Notes under the pieces: generated by a model
What the model was told of the DNA's origin: nothing
What the model saw: the letters and a program-made list of their open reading frames with translations, nothing else
Databases searched by the model: none
Position numbers and translations under genes: made by a program
NCBI GenBank assembly: GCA_965224085.1
Contig: CBDCYI010000005.1
Coordinates: forward strand, 32,001-96,000
DNA: 64,000 bases
Source: Candidatus Marinacidobacterales bacterium
GTDB lineage: Bacteria; Acidobacteriota; Vicinamibacteria; Marinacidobacterales; SMYC01
Direction of reading: 5' to 3'
In this document: positions 20,345 to 29,678 of the stretch, piece after piece
Layout: the number at the start of each line of letters is the position of its first letter
Position numbering within the stretch: position 1 is the stretch's first letter

Positions 20345-22225
20345 TTATTTCAAGAATGCTTCAGCCCAGCGCTCGAATACCATCAGTGGGAAGAGCTGGT
20401 GGGCGTGGTTGCGGTTTCCAGCGACGTGCTCGCGCCGCAGGCGCGCGACTTCGGCCGGCTCGAACAGGCCGCGGGCGCGGATGCGTTCTTCGCTCAGAAG
20501 CTCGTCCATGAGCGGTCTCAGCTCGCGGCGGAGCCAGTTCTTGAGCGGGATGCTGAAGCCTTCTTTGCGCCGGTGCAGGATGCCTTCCGGTAAAACGCCC
20601 GTCATCGCTTGCTTCAAAACGTATTTACTCGTATCGCCTCGAAGCTTCAGATGCCCGGGCATCCGGAAGGCTAGCTCGATGACGTCCCGATCGAGAAAGG
20701 GCGCCCTCGCTTCGAGCGAGGTGGCCATGCTCATGCGGTCGACTTTCACGAGGATGTCGTCGGATAAGAAGAGCTTGAAGTCGGCGAAGAGCTGCCGATT
20801 CAGAAAATCGTCGCCGCCCGCTCCGAGTGTTTCGAGCACGTGAAGCTTCGGGTCGTAGCTCGTGAGCGCCTCGGACAAGCTCGCGGTGTAGAGCCTCTTC
20901 TTCTGCTCTATGGGAAGGTGCCAGAGCCAGCGATAGTGCTCGAGCTCGGGTGCGGCCTGGCTTCCCTCCAAAAACCGCTTGGCTTTGTTGATGAGGCCTT
21001 TTTTCTTCGCGCTCGGCGGTACCCATTCGCTCATCGCGTGAAGCAGGCGGAGCGCGCTCTTACCGGGAAAGCGTGCGAGCTTTTGGGCGAGCCGGTCGGC
21101 GACGTACCAGTCATAGCCCGCGAATAGCTCGTCCCCGCCGTCTCCCGACAGAACGACTTTGACTTCTTTCGCAGCAATTCGTGAAACGAGATAGGTTGGG
21201 AACAAAGACACGTCGGCAAAGGGCTCGTCGAGATGGACGATGAGCTTGTCGAAAAGCTCCCCTACATCGGGCGCGACCGTCTCTTCGTGATGCTCGGTCG
21301 CGAAGAGCGATGCGATCTCGCGCGCACAGGCCGACTCGTCATAGCTCGCCTCCGGAAACGCGATCGAGAAGGTCTTGATCGGCCGATCGGACGCCTCCGC
21401 CATCATGGCCACGACGGTGCTCGAGTCGATGCCGCCCGACAAGAACGCACCGAGAGGCACGTCCGACATCATCTGCGAGCGCACCGCGTGTCCGAGCGTT
21501 TCCCGAAGCTCCTCGATCCATTCGCGATCCCCGCGTCCGTCGACGACGTCGGCCGGCGGGCTCCAGTAGGGCCACGTCTTTACCTCGCCGCCTTTGACAG
21601 ACATCGCGTGCGCCGGCGGGAGCTTCCTAACACCCTTGAAGATCGAGAGCGGTGCGACGATGAACTCGTAGGTCAAGAAACAGTCGAGCGCTTCCGGGTT
21701 CAGCTCGCGCGGCACGTCGGCGCGAGCCAACAAGGACTTGATCTCTGAAGCGAAGACGATGTCTTCGCCCCCATCATAGTAGTAAAGCGGCTTCTCCCCG
21801 GCTCTGTCGCGCGCGGCTAATAGACGGCGGCGCGCTACATCCCAGAGCGCGAAAGCGAACTGTCCGTTCACCCGCTCGGTAACGCGGTCGCCCCACTCTT
21901 CGTAGCCGTGGACGATGACCTCCATGTCGGAGCCCGTCCGGAAACGATGGCCTTTTCCCAGAAGCTCCTCGCGTAGCGCGCGGTAGTTGAAGATCTCGCC
22001 ATTGCCGACGAAAGTGATCGTCTCGTCTTCGTTTTGGATTGGCTGGCGTCCGCCGGCGACGTCGATGATCGAAAGCCGCTTCAGACCAAGTGCGACGCCG
22101 GGGAGCGCGATGGAGCCCGTGTCATCGGGGCCGCGGTGGTGGAGCTTTTCCACCATCCGGTCGATGACGGCAAGGTCGGGTTGCCTCGTCGCGTCGCGAG
22201 CCACGACGCCCGCGATGCCGCACAT
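20345..22225 (-). CDS. asnB: Asparagine synthase-like glutamine amidotransferase (EPS-associated AsnB)
   Basis: MCGIAG Ntn Cys, HRGPD, RLSIID, NGEIFN, LSGGIDSS, LSGDGGDELFAGY, KVDRMSMATSLEARAPFLD. Confidence 0.92.
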   Translation of the reverse strand: MCGIAGVVARDATRQPDLAVIDRMVEKLHHRGPDDTGSIALPGVALGLKRLSIIDVAGGRQPIQNEDETITFVGNGEIFNYRALREELLGKGHRFRTGSDMEVIVHGYEEWGDRVTERVNGQFAFALWDVARRRLLAARDRAGEKPLYYYDGGEDIVFASEIKSLLARADVPRELNPEALDCFLTYEFIVAPLSIFKGVRKLPPAHAMSVKGGEVKTWPYWSPPADVVDGRGDREWIEELRETLGHAVRSQMMSDVPLGAFLSGGIDSSTVVAMMAEASDRPIKTFSIAFPEASYDESACAREIASLFATEHHEETVAPDVGELFDKLIVHLDEPFADVSLFPTYLVSRIAAKEVKVVLSGDGGDELFAGYDWYVADRLAQKLARFPGKSALRLLHAMSEWVPPSAKKKGLINKAKRFLEGSQAAPELEHYRWLWHLPIEQKKRLYTASLSEALTSYDPKLHVLETLGAGGDDFLNRQLFADFKLFLSDDILVKVDRMSMATSLEARAPFLDRDVIELAFRMPGHLKLRGDTSKYVLKQAMTGVLPEGILHRRKEGFSIPLKNWLRRELRPLMDELLSEERIRARGLFEPAEVARLRREHVAGNRNHAHQLFPLMVFERWAEAFLK

Positions 22226-22231
22226 GGAGGA

Positions 22232-23383
22232 TCAGACCCCGTCGCCATGGCTCGAGAAGCGGCCGGCAAGTTTTTCACCACCGAGCTCCGCGACGAACCG
22301 GAGGTAGGGGAATACACGCTTCATCGCGGCCGCGTTGACGAAGCACGGGCTCGCGCAGGTCGGACAGACTTTGTCGAGCACTTCCTGGCGCATGGCCAGA
22401 TTCTTCTGGTCGTAGTAGAAGTCTCTCGGATCACCGTCGCGCACGTTCCCGATGACGCGGCTATTCTCGCAATAGGTGATCTCGCCATTTGGGTTCAGGA
22501 GAAGCCCCTGATCCATCGACGGGCACGGCATCGTGCGCTTCATGCCGTTTTGGAACATCTTGACATAGGCCTGGTACAAAAGCGCATCCCCGTCGGCAAT
22601 GCCGGATTCCCGAACGCGCTTGCGAAAGAAATCGACGAGCTTGGGAAAATCCTCGTCCTTCAGATCCGTCGACTCGACGAGATCCATGTTCCCGAAGGCG
22701 AGCTCGGAGTAGCGCGCGATCGCAAAGACGACGCTCAGATTCTCTTTCTTGCAGAGCTCGTAGATGCGTTCGCCCTCTTCGAGGTTCTGGGCCGTGAACG
22801 TGAACGAGACCCCGAAGTTGAAGAACTTCTTCTTCTGCAGCTCCTGCATCTCGCGGACCGTGTCCATGGCGCGCTCGAAGGCGTGCCACACGCGACGGAT
22901 GTCCTCGTGCGCATCGCCGACGCCGTCGAGGCTCACCCGGGTTCCGAACATGAAGTCCCGCTCGTTGGCGACGTCGATGATGCGATCGAGCGTCGAGACG
23001 ACCCGGTCCTTTACGAAGCCGTTTGTGTTGAGGGTCATTTTCCGGAGCTTTGGCATGTTGTCCGACATGATGCGGACGATGTCGACCATGTCCTTCCGGA
23101 GCGTCGGCTCTCCGCCGGTGATGCCGACATATTCGATCGAACGGAAGAGCTCGCTCGAGAACGCTTTTCGATATTCGTCCGTTGTCAAGTCATCGTGGTA
23201 TGGGAGCTTCCACGAGTTGCACATGACGCATTTGGAGTCGCACTTGTAGGAGACGTTGAAGATGAGCACGGTGGGCGCGATGGCTTTGTATCGGCCTACG
23301 ATCTGCGTCTTGAAGAAATCCGCCGGAAGCGACGGAAGGCTCGTTTTGAGAAGCTTGCCTACGTAGTGATTGTTTCCGAACAT
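22232..23383 (-). CDS. Radical SAM protein with a SPASM/Twitch-like domain
   Basis: CDSKCVMC motif, ITGGEPTLR, LNTNG, VSLDG; C-terminal CPSM...YCEN...CPTCASPC. Confidence 0.9.
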   Translation of the reverse strand: MFGNNHYVGKLLKTSLPSLPADFFKTQIVGRYKAIAPTVLIFNVSYKCDSKCVMCNSWKLPYHDDLTTDEYRKAFSSELFRSIEYVGITGGEPTLRKDMVDIVRIMSDNMPKLRKMTLNTNGFVKDRVVSTLDRIIDVANERDFMFGTRVSLDGVGDAHEDIRRVWHAFERAMDTVREMQELQKKKFFNFGVSFTFTAQNLEEGERIYELCKKENLSVVFAIARYSELAFGNMDLVESTDLKDEDFPKLVDFFRKRVRESGIADGDALLYQAYVKMFQNGMKRTMPCPSMDQGLLLNPNGEITYCENSRVIGNVRDGDPRDFYYDQKNLAMRQEVLDKVCPTCASPCFVNAAAMKRVFPYLRFVAELGGEKLAGRFSSHGDGV

Positions 23384-24165
23384 CAGCTTTTGTTTGATTG
23401 GCGTCTATCGCGTACCAGTTTCGCGGGAACGCCGGCGGCGACGTAATAGGCGGGCACGTCGTCGAGTACGACCGCGCCCGCGCCAATAATAGCATGCGCG
23501 CCCACATGAGCCCCGCCGCCCACGACGGCGTGGGCTCCGAGCCAGCAGCCGTCGCCGATCCGAATCGGAAGCCCGATACGGCCTTGTTGCGAGACGGGGA
23601 TGTCGACACGGTCGTGCATGTGGTTGCCGCCTACGAGGTAGACATAGGCCGCGAGCATCACGTCTTTCCCCACCGTAATCTTGTCCGCGGAGAAAATCTC
23701 GCAGTTGAAGCCGATATTCGCGCGCTCTTCGAGGTGGATATCCCCGTTCTTGCACGAAAGGATCGTGTTCCGCCCGACGAAGACGCCGTCATCGAGGCGG
23801 ATCCCGGCATTGTCGACACCTTTCGCGTCGAGAAGCACGTTGTCGTCCACCACCACGTGGTTTCCGATGCGGATTTTTCGCGGGTGGCGCAGCACGACGT
23901 TTTGGCCGAACACAACGTTCCGGCCGCAGGCGCCGAGAAGACGCGGGTAGAGCTTGCCTCTGAGAAAGAGCCCCAGCGCCCCCGGAACCCAAGCTGACAA
24001 GAGAAGCACGAGCTCGTAGCCCACCATCGCCAAAAGCCCCGGTCGGCCGACGACGAGCTCGCCGTATTTTCGGATCGTGCTCTTCTTGGCGTCCCAGAGC
24101 TCTTTTTGGGCGATCGGTATGCGCCCGTCATTGGGTTGCGTGGCTGAGTCCATTTCCACGGACAT
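23383..24165 (-). CDS. Left-handed beta-helix (hexapeptide) acyltransferase
   Basis: Hexapeptide repeats, IRIGDGCWLGAHAVV, IIGAGAVV, AAGVPAK; ATG 2 nt after the epimerase stop. Confidence 0.9.
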   Translation of the reverse strand: MSVEMDSATQPNDGRIPIAQKELWDAKKSTIRKYGELVVGRPGLLAMVGYELVLLLSAWVPGALGLFLRGKLYPRLLGACGRNVVFGQNVVLRHPRKIRIGNHVVVDDNVLLDAKGVDNAGIRLDDGVFVGRNTILSCKNGDIHLEERANIGFNCEIFSADKITVGKDVMLAAYVYLVGGNHMHDRVDIPVSQQGRIGLPIRIGDGCWLGAHAVVGGGAHVGAHAIIGAGAVVLDDVPAYYVAAGVPAKLVRDRRQSNKS

Positions 24166-24166
24166 C

Positions 24167-25144
24167 TTAGACCCATCCGGCCTTTCGGTACCACTGAAGC
24201 GTTTGCTCGATGCCGTTGTCGAGGTCGATTTCGGGCGCCCACCCGAGCGCCTTCTTGGCTTTGTCGATTTTGAACGCGCGATGCTTGAGAAAGAAATCGA
24301 GCCGGCGTCGGTAGAGCGGAGGCTCGATGCCGAGCGGCCGGCAAACGTCTTCGCAAATCGCCGCGGCGGCGTAGAGCGGCATCGACGGCCAGCGGAAGCG
24401 CGGCGGAGCGACACCGGCCTTTTTGGCGATGAGTGCTATGATCTCGCGCACGGTGGCGTATTCGGAACCCGCAAGGATGAACGCGTCGCCAAAGGCGCTC
24501 GGAGTATCACCCGCCCGGATGAAACCGCGTGCAACGTCCTCTACATGCGTGAGGTGGTAGAACACGTCTCCTTTGCCGATCATCGGAAAGCGTTTCTTGG
24601 CAACGCCACGAAAGAGCTTCAAAAAGCGGCGATCGCCGGGACCGTAAATGCCCACGGGCCGCAGTACGACCACGGGCAAGCCGCGATCCCGATGAAGCGC
24701 GAAAACAACGCGCTCCGCTTCCACTTTCGTCTGCTGGTAGATGTCACCAGGATTGTAGGGAGAGGCTTCGTCGGCCGGAGGCTCCACTTCACCGTGCACC
24801 CCACAAGTGCTGCAATAGAGAAACGGAATGCCACCTTCCCCGAGCGAGGCCTCGGCGAGAAGGCGCGTGCCTTCCACGTTGACCTCCCGGTAATAGCTAT
24901 CCGGAAGCTTGGCTTGCCGGTACACGGCGGCGATGTGGAAGATTCGCTCGACCCCGGAAACCGCCGCACGCAGACTCGCCGGGTTCGTAAGCTCGCCTTC
25001 GAAACGCTCGACATCGACCCCCTCGAGCAGCGACGGATCGCTCGAGCGGCGGATGAGAGCGCGCACTTCGTGGCCGGCCTCTCGGAGCAAACGGGCTAAG
25101 TGGCTTCCGGTGAAACCGTTAGCACCGGTGATGAGAACTTTCAG
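24167..25144 (-). CDS. NAD-dependent epimerase/dehydratase (extended SDR), apparent CTG start
   Basis: (M)KVLITGANGFTGSHL lies upstream of the listed ORF; YQQTK YxxxK, LRPVGIYGPGD; AGGAG SD before CTG at 25144. Confidence 0.88.
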   Translation of the reverse strand: MKVLITGANGFTGSHLARLLREAGHEVRALIRRSSDPSLLEGVDVERFEGELTNPASLRAAVSGVERIFHIAAVYRQAKLPDSYYREVNVEGTRLLAEASLGEGGIPFLYCSTCGVHGEVEPPADEASPYNPGDIYQQTKVEAERVVFALHRDRGLPVVVLRPVGIYGPGDRRFLKLFRGVAKKRFPMIGKGDVFYHLTHVEDVARGFIRAGDTPSAFGDAFILAGSEYATVREIIALIAKKAGVAPPRFRWPSMPLYAAAAICEDVCRPLGIEPPLYRRRLDFFLKHRAFKIDKAKKALGWAPEIDLDNGIEQTLQWYRKAGWV

Positions 25145-25295
25145 TCGCGTCTCCTGCCGACATTATAGGTGGCAAATGGTTGGATCTCACCCATGATCCT
25201 GTGATAGCCTATGCGATTTGGTCGGCCCATACGTGAGTTGTTCCCTGTGACTGGCGTGGCGGGCCACAACTCTTAACGGAGGTAGATCGACTCTT

Positions 25296-26327
25296 ATGAG
25301 CACACAACTACTTAGACGCTTCAGCTTTGGATGCTTGCTCACTCCCATAGTCGCCGCCGCCATCGGCTGTAGCGACAACAATAGCGGCAATAGCGGCGGC
25401 GGCACGATGCCTACCGTCACGATCTCGGCACCGGGCATCGTCAGCCCGAACACGCCTTCCCCGATTGGAGATAATCCTCCGACGCTTACAGTAACGAACG
25501 CCACCGCGAGCGACGGAAGCGGGCTCACCTATACTTTTCAAGTCGCGACCGACCAAGCGTTCGCAAGCGTCCTCCGTCAAAGTCCCGCCGTCGCTCAAGG
25601 GTCGGGCCAAACCAGCTGGACGCTCGGCACCGCCCTCGCAAACGGCGCTTATTTCTGGAGAGCGCGCGGGGCCTCGGCCAGCGCCGTCGGCGCGTGGTCT
25701 GTCGTCGCGCAGTTCTTGGTCGGTAGTGGCTCGGGCACCGGTCCTGGCGAGACCACCTTGGTCTCCGACGTTCTCACTGACGGGATGACGATGGGCGAGC
25801 AATTCGGCGGCAGCTTGACGCCGCAAGGCTGGCGCGTCAACACCAACGCCGACTTCATTCGCTACGAAGTTCCGACCGTCACGAACGGCTATGTGCAATG
25901 GCAGAACGTGGGCCTCACACCGCGCGGTGCCAACGATGCCTCGCATATGCTGATGGGCATGTGGGATCCTTCGGCGGGAGGGTTCCGTCAGAACCCATTC
26001 CGCGTGCACGTTCAAAAGCTCTGGAACAATCCGCACAACCCGCCTTTCATGCGATTCCGCTGGATCTCGCAAGGCCGGGAGGAGGACGCGGGCACCAACT
26101 TCACCAACTGGAACCCGGGCCAGGTTTACACCTTCCGCGTGGACTGGGGCCCGGCCGGCGCCGCCAACCGGGCTCGTGTCTTCCTCGACGGCGTGGAGAT
26201 CATGACGTTGGGTTACAACCGCACCTACGCGCCTAATACCCACTTCATCGAGCTCGGCATCGGCGAACGTGGCGAATCGGTCATCGACGCGATTTATCGC
26301 AACTTCACGGTCGTGCGAAGGGACTAG
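25296..26327 (+). CDS. Lipoprotein, FN3/Ig-like domain plus a putative beta-sandwich domain (paralog 1)
   Basis: GGAGG SD; lipobox AAAIGC; Ser/Gly linker; TYTFQVATD...YFWRAR. Confidence 0.75.
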   Translation: MSTQLLRRFSFGCLLTPIVAAAIGCSDNNSGNSGGGTMPTVTISAPGIVSPNTPSPIGDNPPTLTVTNATASDGSGLTYTFQVATDQAFASVLRQSPAVAQGSGQTSWTLGTALANGAYFWRARGASASAVGAWSVVAQFLVGSGSGTGPGETTLVSDVLTDGMTMGEQFGGSLTPQGWRVNTNADFIRYEVPTVTNGYVQWQNVGLTPRGANDASHMLMGMWDPSAGGFRQNPFRVHVQKLWNNPHNPPFMRFRWISQGREEDAGTNFTNWNPGQVYTFRVDWGPAGAANRARVFLDGVEIMTLGYNRTYAPNTHFIELGIGERGESVIDAIYRNFTVVRRD

Positions 26328-26349
26328 TCGTCAACGAGGAGGCAGCACC

Positions 26350-27372
26350 ATGATTCGACAATTGAGCATTTTCGCCATGCTCGCGGCGGCGGTTCTTTCT
26401 CTTGCGGCGTGCAGCGACAGCGGTAGTGGTGACGGCGGCTCTACCGGAGCGAGCGTCACCATCTCAGCACCCAGCCAGGTGAGTCCGGCGAACGGCGCGC
26501 AAGTCTCCGGCCAAGTCACGCTCACCGTCTCGAACGTGCAAGTGACAGGTGGAAGCGGCGTCACGACCTATACATTCCAAATCGCCTCCGACGGCGCGTT
26601 CGCAACGATCGTCGCCCAGGCGAGCAATATTCCCCAAGGCTCCGGTCAGACATCTTGGACGGCCGGCTCGGAGCTCGCCAGCGGACAGTTCTTCTGGCGC
26701 GCCCGAGCGAACGTGGGGACGACGAACGGCGCTTTCTCGAGCGTCGGGAACTTCTCGTTCCAGGGCGGCGCGAGTACGGCGGGAAGCACCGATCAAGTAC
26801 TGCTTTTCGATCCGCTTACCGACGGCTCGAGCTTGGGCGATGTCGGCGGAGGCGAGTTCACGCCAGAAGGTTGGAAAGTTATCGCGAGCTCGAATTTCAT
26901 CGTCTACGACATGCCGACGATCGAGTCCGGTTTTATCGAGTTCGACATCTCCGGTCTCGATATCCGCAACCCGACGCGCGACGCCCGGCATTTGTTCTTC
27001 ATGTGGGATCCCAGCCTCGGGAGCGACATGACGGGTAACCGCTTCCGAGTCAGCTTGCAGAAGCTCGACGGCCGAAGCTCTATCAACGACCGCTGGCTCC
27101 GACTTCGTTTCATCACGCAAGGGCGTCAAATCGATGTCGGGAGCACCTTCCGCGGCTGGGAAGTCGACAACACCTACCGCATCCGCTTGGAGTGGGGACG
27201 CGAAGGAGAGGCTCTCGTCTGCCGTCTATTCATCGACGATCGCGAGATATTCTTCTTCCACTATCCACGCGCCTACAACCCCGTGATCCACCGAATAGAG
27301 CTAGGAGCCGCTGGCCGTGCGGAAACCCCAGAAGACGCTGTCTATTCCAACGTGGTGATCGGAACGCGCTGA
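26350..27372 (+). CDS. Lipoprotein, tandem paralog of the upstream gene
   Basis: GAGGAGG SD; lipobox SLAAC; shares VTISAP, TYTFQ, QGSGQTSWT, FWRAR, MWDPS, FRV, QKL, QGR and IELG blocks. Confidence 0.75.
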   Translation: MIRQLSIFAMLAAAVLSLAACSDSGSGDGGSTGASVTISAPSQVSPANGAQVSGQVTLTVSNVQVTGGSGVTTYTFQIASDGAFATIVAQASNIPQGSGQTSWTAGSELASGQFFWRARANVGTTNGAFSSVGNFSFQGGASTAGSTDQVLLFDPLTDGSSLGDVGGGEFTPEGWKVIASSNFIVYDMPTIESGFIEFDISGLDIRNPTRDARHLFFMWDPSLGSDMTGNRFRVSLQKLDGRSSINDRWLRLRFITQGRQIDVGSTFRGWEVDNTYRIRLEWGREGEALVCRLFIDDREIFFFHYPRAYNPVIHRIELGAAGRAETPEDAVYSNVVIGTR

Positions 27373-27488
27373 TTTCGACAAAAGGCGATATTGAGGCGCG
27401 AAGTCGCGAGGGTCTCGTTCTTTGCGGCTCCGCGCCTTTGCTGTGCGTTCTCCGACGCCGCTCTGGACCAGCCAAGAGAAACGAGGAA

Positions 27489-27565
27489 GCAGGGGACTTA
27501 AAATCCCCTGTCCTATGGGCACCGCCTTCGCCCTTCGGGCTTCGGCGCGGCAGGCCGAGTCCCGC
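27489..27565 (+). pseudogene. tRNA-Leu(UAA) fragment interrupted by a palindromic repeat
   Basis: GGGGA-CTTAAAA-TCCCC anticodon arm, TGTCC-TAT-GGGCA long variable arm, then an insert, then CGAGTCCCGC (3' half of the T arm); no 5' half. Confidence 0.65.
27522..27555. repeat. REP-like GC-rich palindrome
   Basis: CCGCC-TTC-GCCC-TTCG-GGC-TTC-GGCG-CGG nested hairpin. Confidence 0.55.
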
Positions 27566-27665
27566 GCCTTCACTTACCGTGCTACGCGCTCGGTGCGGCT
27601 CGCGCCCATAGCCGAGGTACCAGGCTTCGCTCACGGCTGACATCACGATGGTGTGCTGGAGTCTC

Positions 27666-29141
27666 TTATGCGTTCATGGCCGGGAGCAGGATTCGAACCG
27701 TCGTTCCTTTGCCTTCAGTGCTGTCCAGTAGGAGCTCGCCCCCGGCCTCTTCGACGCTTCGTTTGGCCATTGGTAAGCCCAGCCGCATTCTGACACGCGT
27801 CCCTTTCTGGCTCAGGGCGATCTCGAAGAGTTGGGGACGCATATCGTCGGGGATACCTCTGCCGTTGTCGGTGATCTCCACCTCGACGCGGTCTCGGTCC
27901 GCTCTCACGCTCACCTGAATGACGCCCTGGTGGTCGATGGCCTGAACGGAATTCTGGAGAAGACTGAACAACGCTTGATTGAGCCTGGCGGGATGGCACA
28001 ACACCGCGGGGAGCGAATCCTGATAGCGGCGGTCGACGCGGATGCGATCGCCGATAGTGTCGCCGAGCAGACCCAGGGCGCTGTCCACACCCTCGCGAAC
28101 GTCCACTGGCTTCGTTTCCGCTTCGTCGAGAGCGACGAACTTCTTGAGACTGTCCACCACTCCGGCGATGCGGCGGCTGCCGTCCTGGATGATACGGGAG
28201 AGGTCGGAGCCGGCATCAATCGCCCTCAGCGTCATCCTTGAGTCGCGGTCCTCGGCGTCCGCCCGCTCGTCGACGTACTGCCGGCATCGGTCCAGCGTCC
28301 GGTCCAGCGAATCGGCCGAGGAGGAGAGTGCGCCGAGCGGCGTGTTGATCTCGTGGAGAATTCCCGACACAACCCGCGCCAGGCGGGCTTGGTTTTCGGA
28401 CTCTATGAGCCGTGCCTGGGACTCCTGGAGCTGGCTCAAAGCGATCGCGAGCTCGTTCGAGCGCTGCTCGATCTGTCGCTCCGCCTCAGCCGCGCTCTTG
28501 TGAGCGTAGAAGGAAATGGCGCCGGTCATGACCGCCGCCGACACGAGCGCCAGGACAAAGTAGGATCGTGTCGTCTTCCCGTCGAGCTCGACGATGGGAT
28601 CGATCCCGGGTCCGAGAACGAGCAGCAAGACGAAGACAACCAGGGAGGCTCCCGCGAGCGCGAAGGCGGTCTTCGAGTAGCGGCCCGGAAAGACGAGGAA
28701 AATGGCGCTGATGATCGGGAGAAAGAAATACTGGTTGCCAGCCTGGTCTCCATAGATGAAGACGAATCCGACCTGGCTCGCCGCACCGACGATGAAGATC
28801 CAGGCGATGGCCAACCGATAGAACCCCCGGTGGTTGAGCCATAGCGGCACCACATAGGCGAGGGCGTAAACCAACGGAGCAGCCTTCAAGACCGCCGGAA
28901 GGGGTGCCAGCGAGTTGGGAATCAGATAGAAAGCGTTCAGCGCCCCCGCAACGATGCTGATCGAGTTCGTGAGGGCGATGTGCTTGGCGTCGTGGGGAAG
29001 CGTGTCTTCACGGATGCCGAGCCATCTAAGTCGCTGTATCGTTCCGTGAGTGCGCTCTTCCACCGGTGGGTTCCGTTCGACGTGTGAGGATAAACGAGAT
29101 GCCCGGTGCGGTGCGAGAAAAGTTTCCGCGAGCCGGGGCAC
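27666..29141 (-). CDS. Orphan membrane sensor histidine kinase (NtrB-like)
   Basis: About 6 TMs, coiled coil, ILHEINTPL H-box, LNQAL...NSVQA N-box, DNGRGI, LGLPM, STEGKGTTVRI; start uncertain. Confidence 0.85.
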   Translation of the reverse strand: MPRLAETFLAPHRASRLSSHVERNPPVEERTHGTIQRLRWLGIREDTLPHDAKHIALTNSISIVAGALNAFYLIPNSLAPLPAVLKAAPLVYALAYVVPLWLNHRGFYRLAIAWIFIVGAASQVGFVFIYGDQAGNQYFFLPIISAIFLVFPGRYSKTAFALAGASLVVFVLLLVLGPGIDPIVELDGKTTRSYFVLALVSAAVMTGAISFYAHKSAAEAERQIEQRSNELAIALSQLQESQARLIESENQARLARVVSGILHEINTPLGALSSSADSLDRTLDRCRQYVDERADAEDRDSRMTLRAIDAGSDLSRIIQDGSRRIAGVVDSLKKFVALDEAETKPVDVREGVDSALGLLGDTIGDRIRVDRRYQDSLPAVLCHPARLNQALFSLLQNSVQAIDHQGVIQVSVRADRDRVEVEITDNGRGIPDDMRPQLFEIALSQKGTRVRMRLGLPMAKRSVEEAGGELLLDSTEGKGTTVRILLPAMNA

Positions 29142-29454
29142 GGTCGGGGGAGCTTCGTTCGCGACACTCGCCGCCGAAACCGGATCGTAACTGAATCAAC
29201 ACTTCGATCACGATCTCGTCACACTAGTCAGCGACTGCGAACGCGCGAGCGTCCCAGGCTGAGCGGTCCCAACATGGAGAATCTCGTCGGTCATCCGGCG
29301 AGCGGGGTAGATCTCGTCCACTCAGTGATTGCGAGAACCCTACGTTACCAGTTCTCGGTTGCCAGTTGTGTGCACACCGATGTGTGTTGGCCAATCTCCG
29401 ATGGCCAATCACCAAAAGCCAATAAGACTTTTACGAAAAATCCGTTTCGTACGC

Positions 29455-29642
29455 AATCCGTTTCGCGAGGCTCCGCTCAAACACGAGCCCGCACTTCAAA
29501 CCTGCGGGATCGCACTCGCGGACGAGGACCCGGCCGATCGCTTCCTCCTCGCAACGGCGACACGGCCCGTGACCTCACTCTCGTGACTGGAGATGAAAGG
29601 TCTCTCGAGGAAACGGGGTATTCAGTGGCGCCAAACGATTGA
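29455..29642 (+). pseudogene. C-terminal remnant of a PIN-domain (VapC) toxin, frameshifted
   Basis: PFREAPLKHE...EDPADRFLLATA, then after a frameshift DLTLVTGDER. Confidence 0.7.
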
Positions 29643-29678
29643 AGCGGCCTTAGTCCCGCGGTCTAGAAAATGTACCCG

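Noticed and set aside
20345-23383. Lasso peptide or other RiPP cluster (AsnB-like cyclase plus rSAM/SPASM)
   Set aside because: AsnB keeps its N-terminal glutaminase Cys; no precursor, RRE or B protein; neighbours are sugar enzymes
22034-23446. Long antisense or alternative-frame ORFs (also 59594-60910, 18276-19400, 24077-25099, 43390-44328)
   Set aside because: They are shadows of well-supported genes in GC-rich DNA, with no motifs
25296-27372. PEP-CTERM cargo proteins
   Set aside because: No C-terminal PEP motif, TM helix or basic tail; they carry lipoboxes instead
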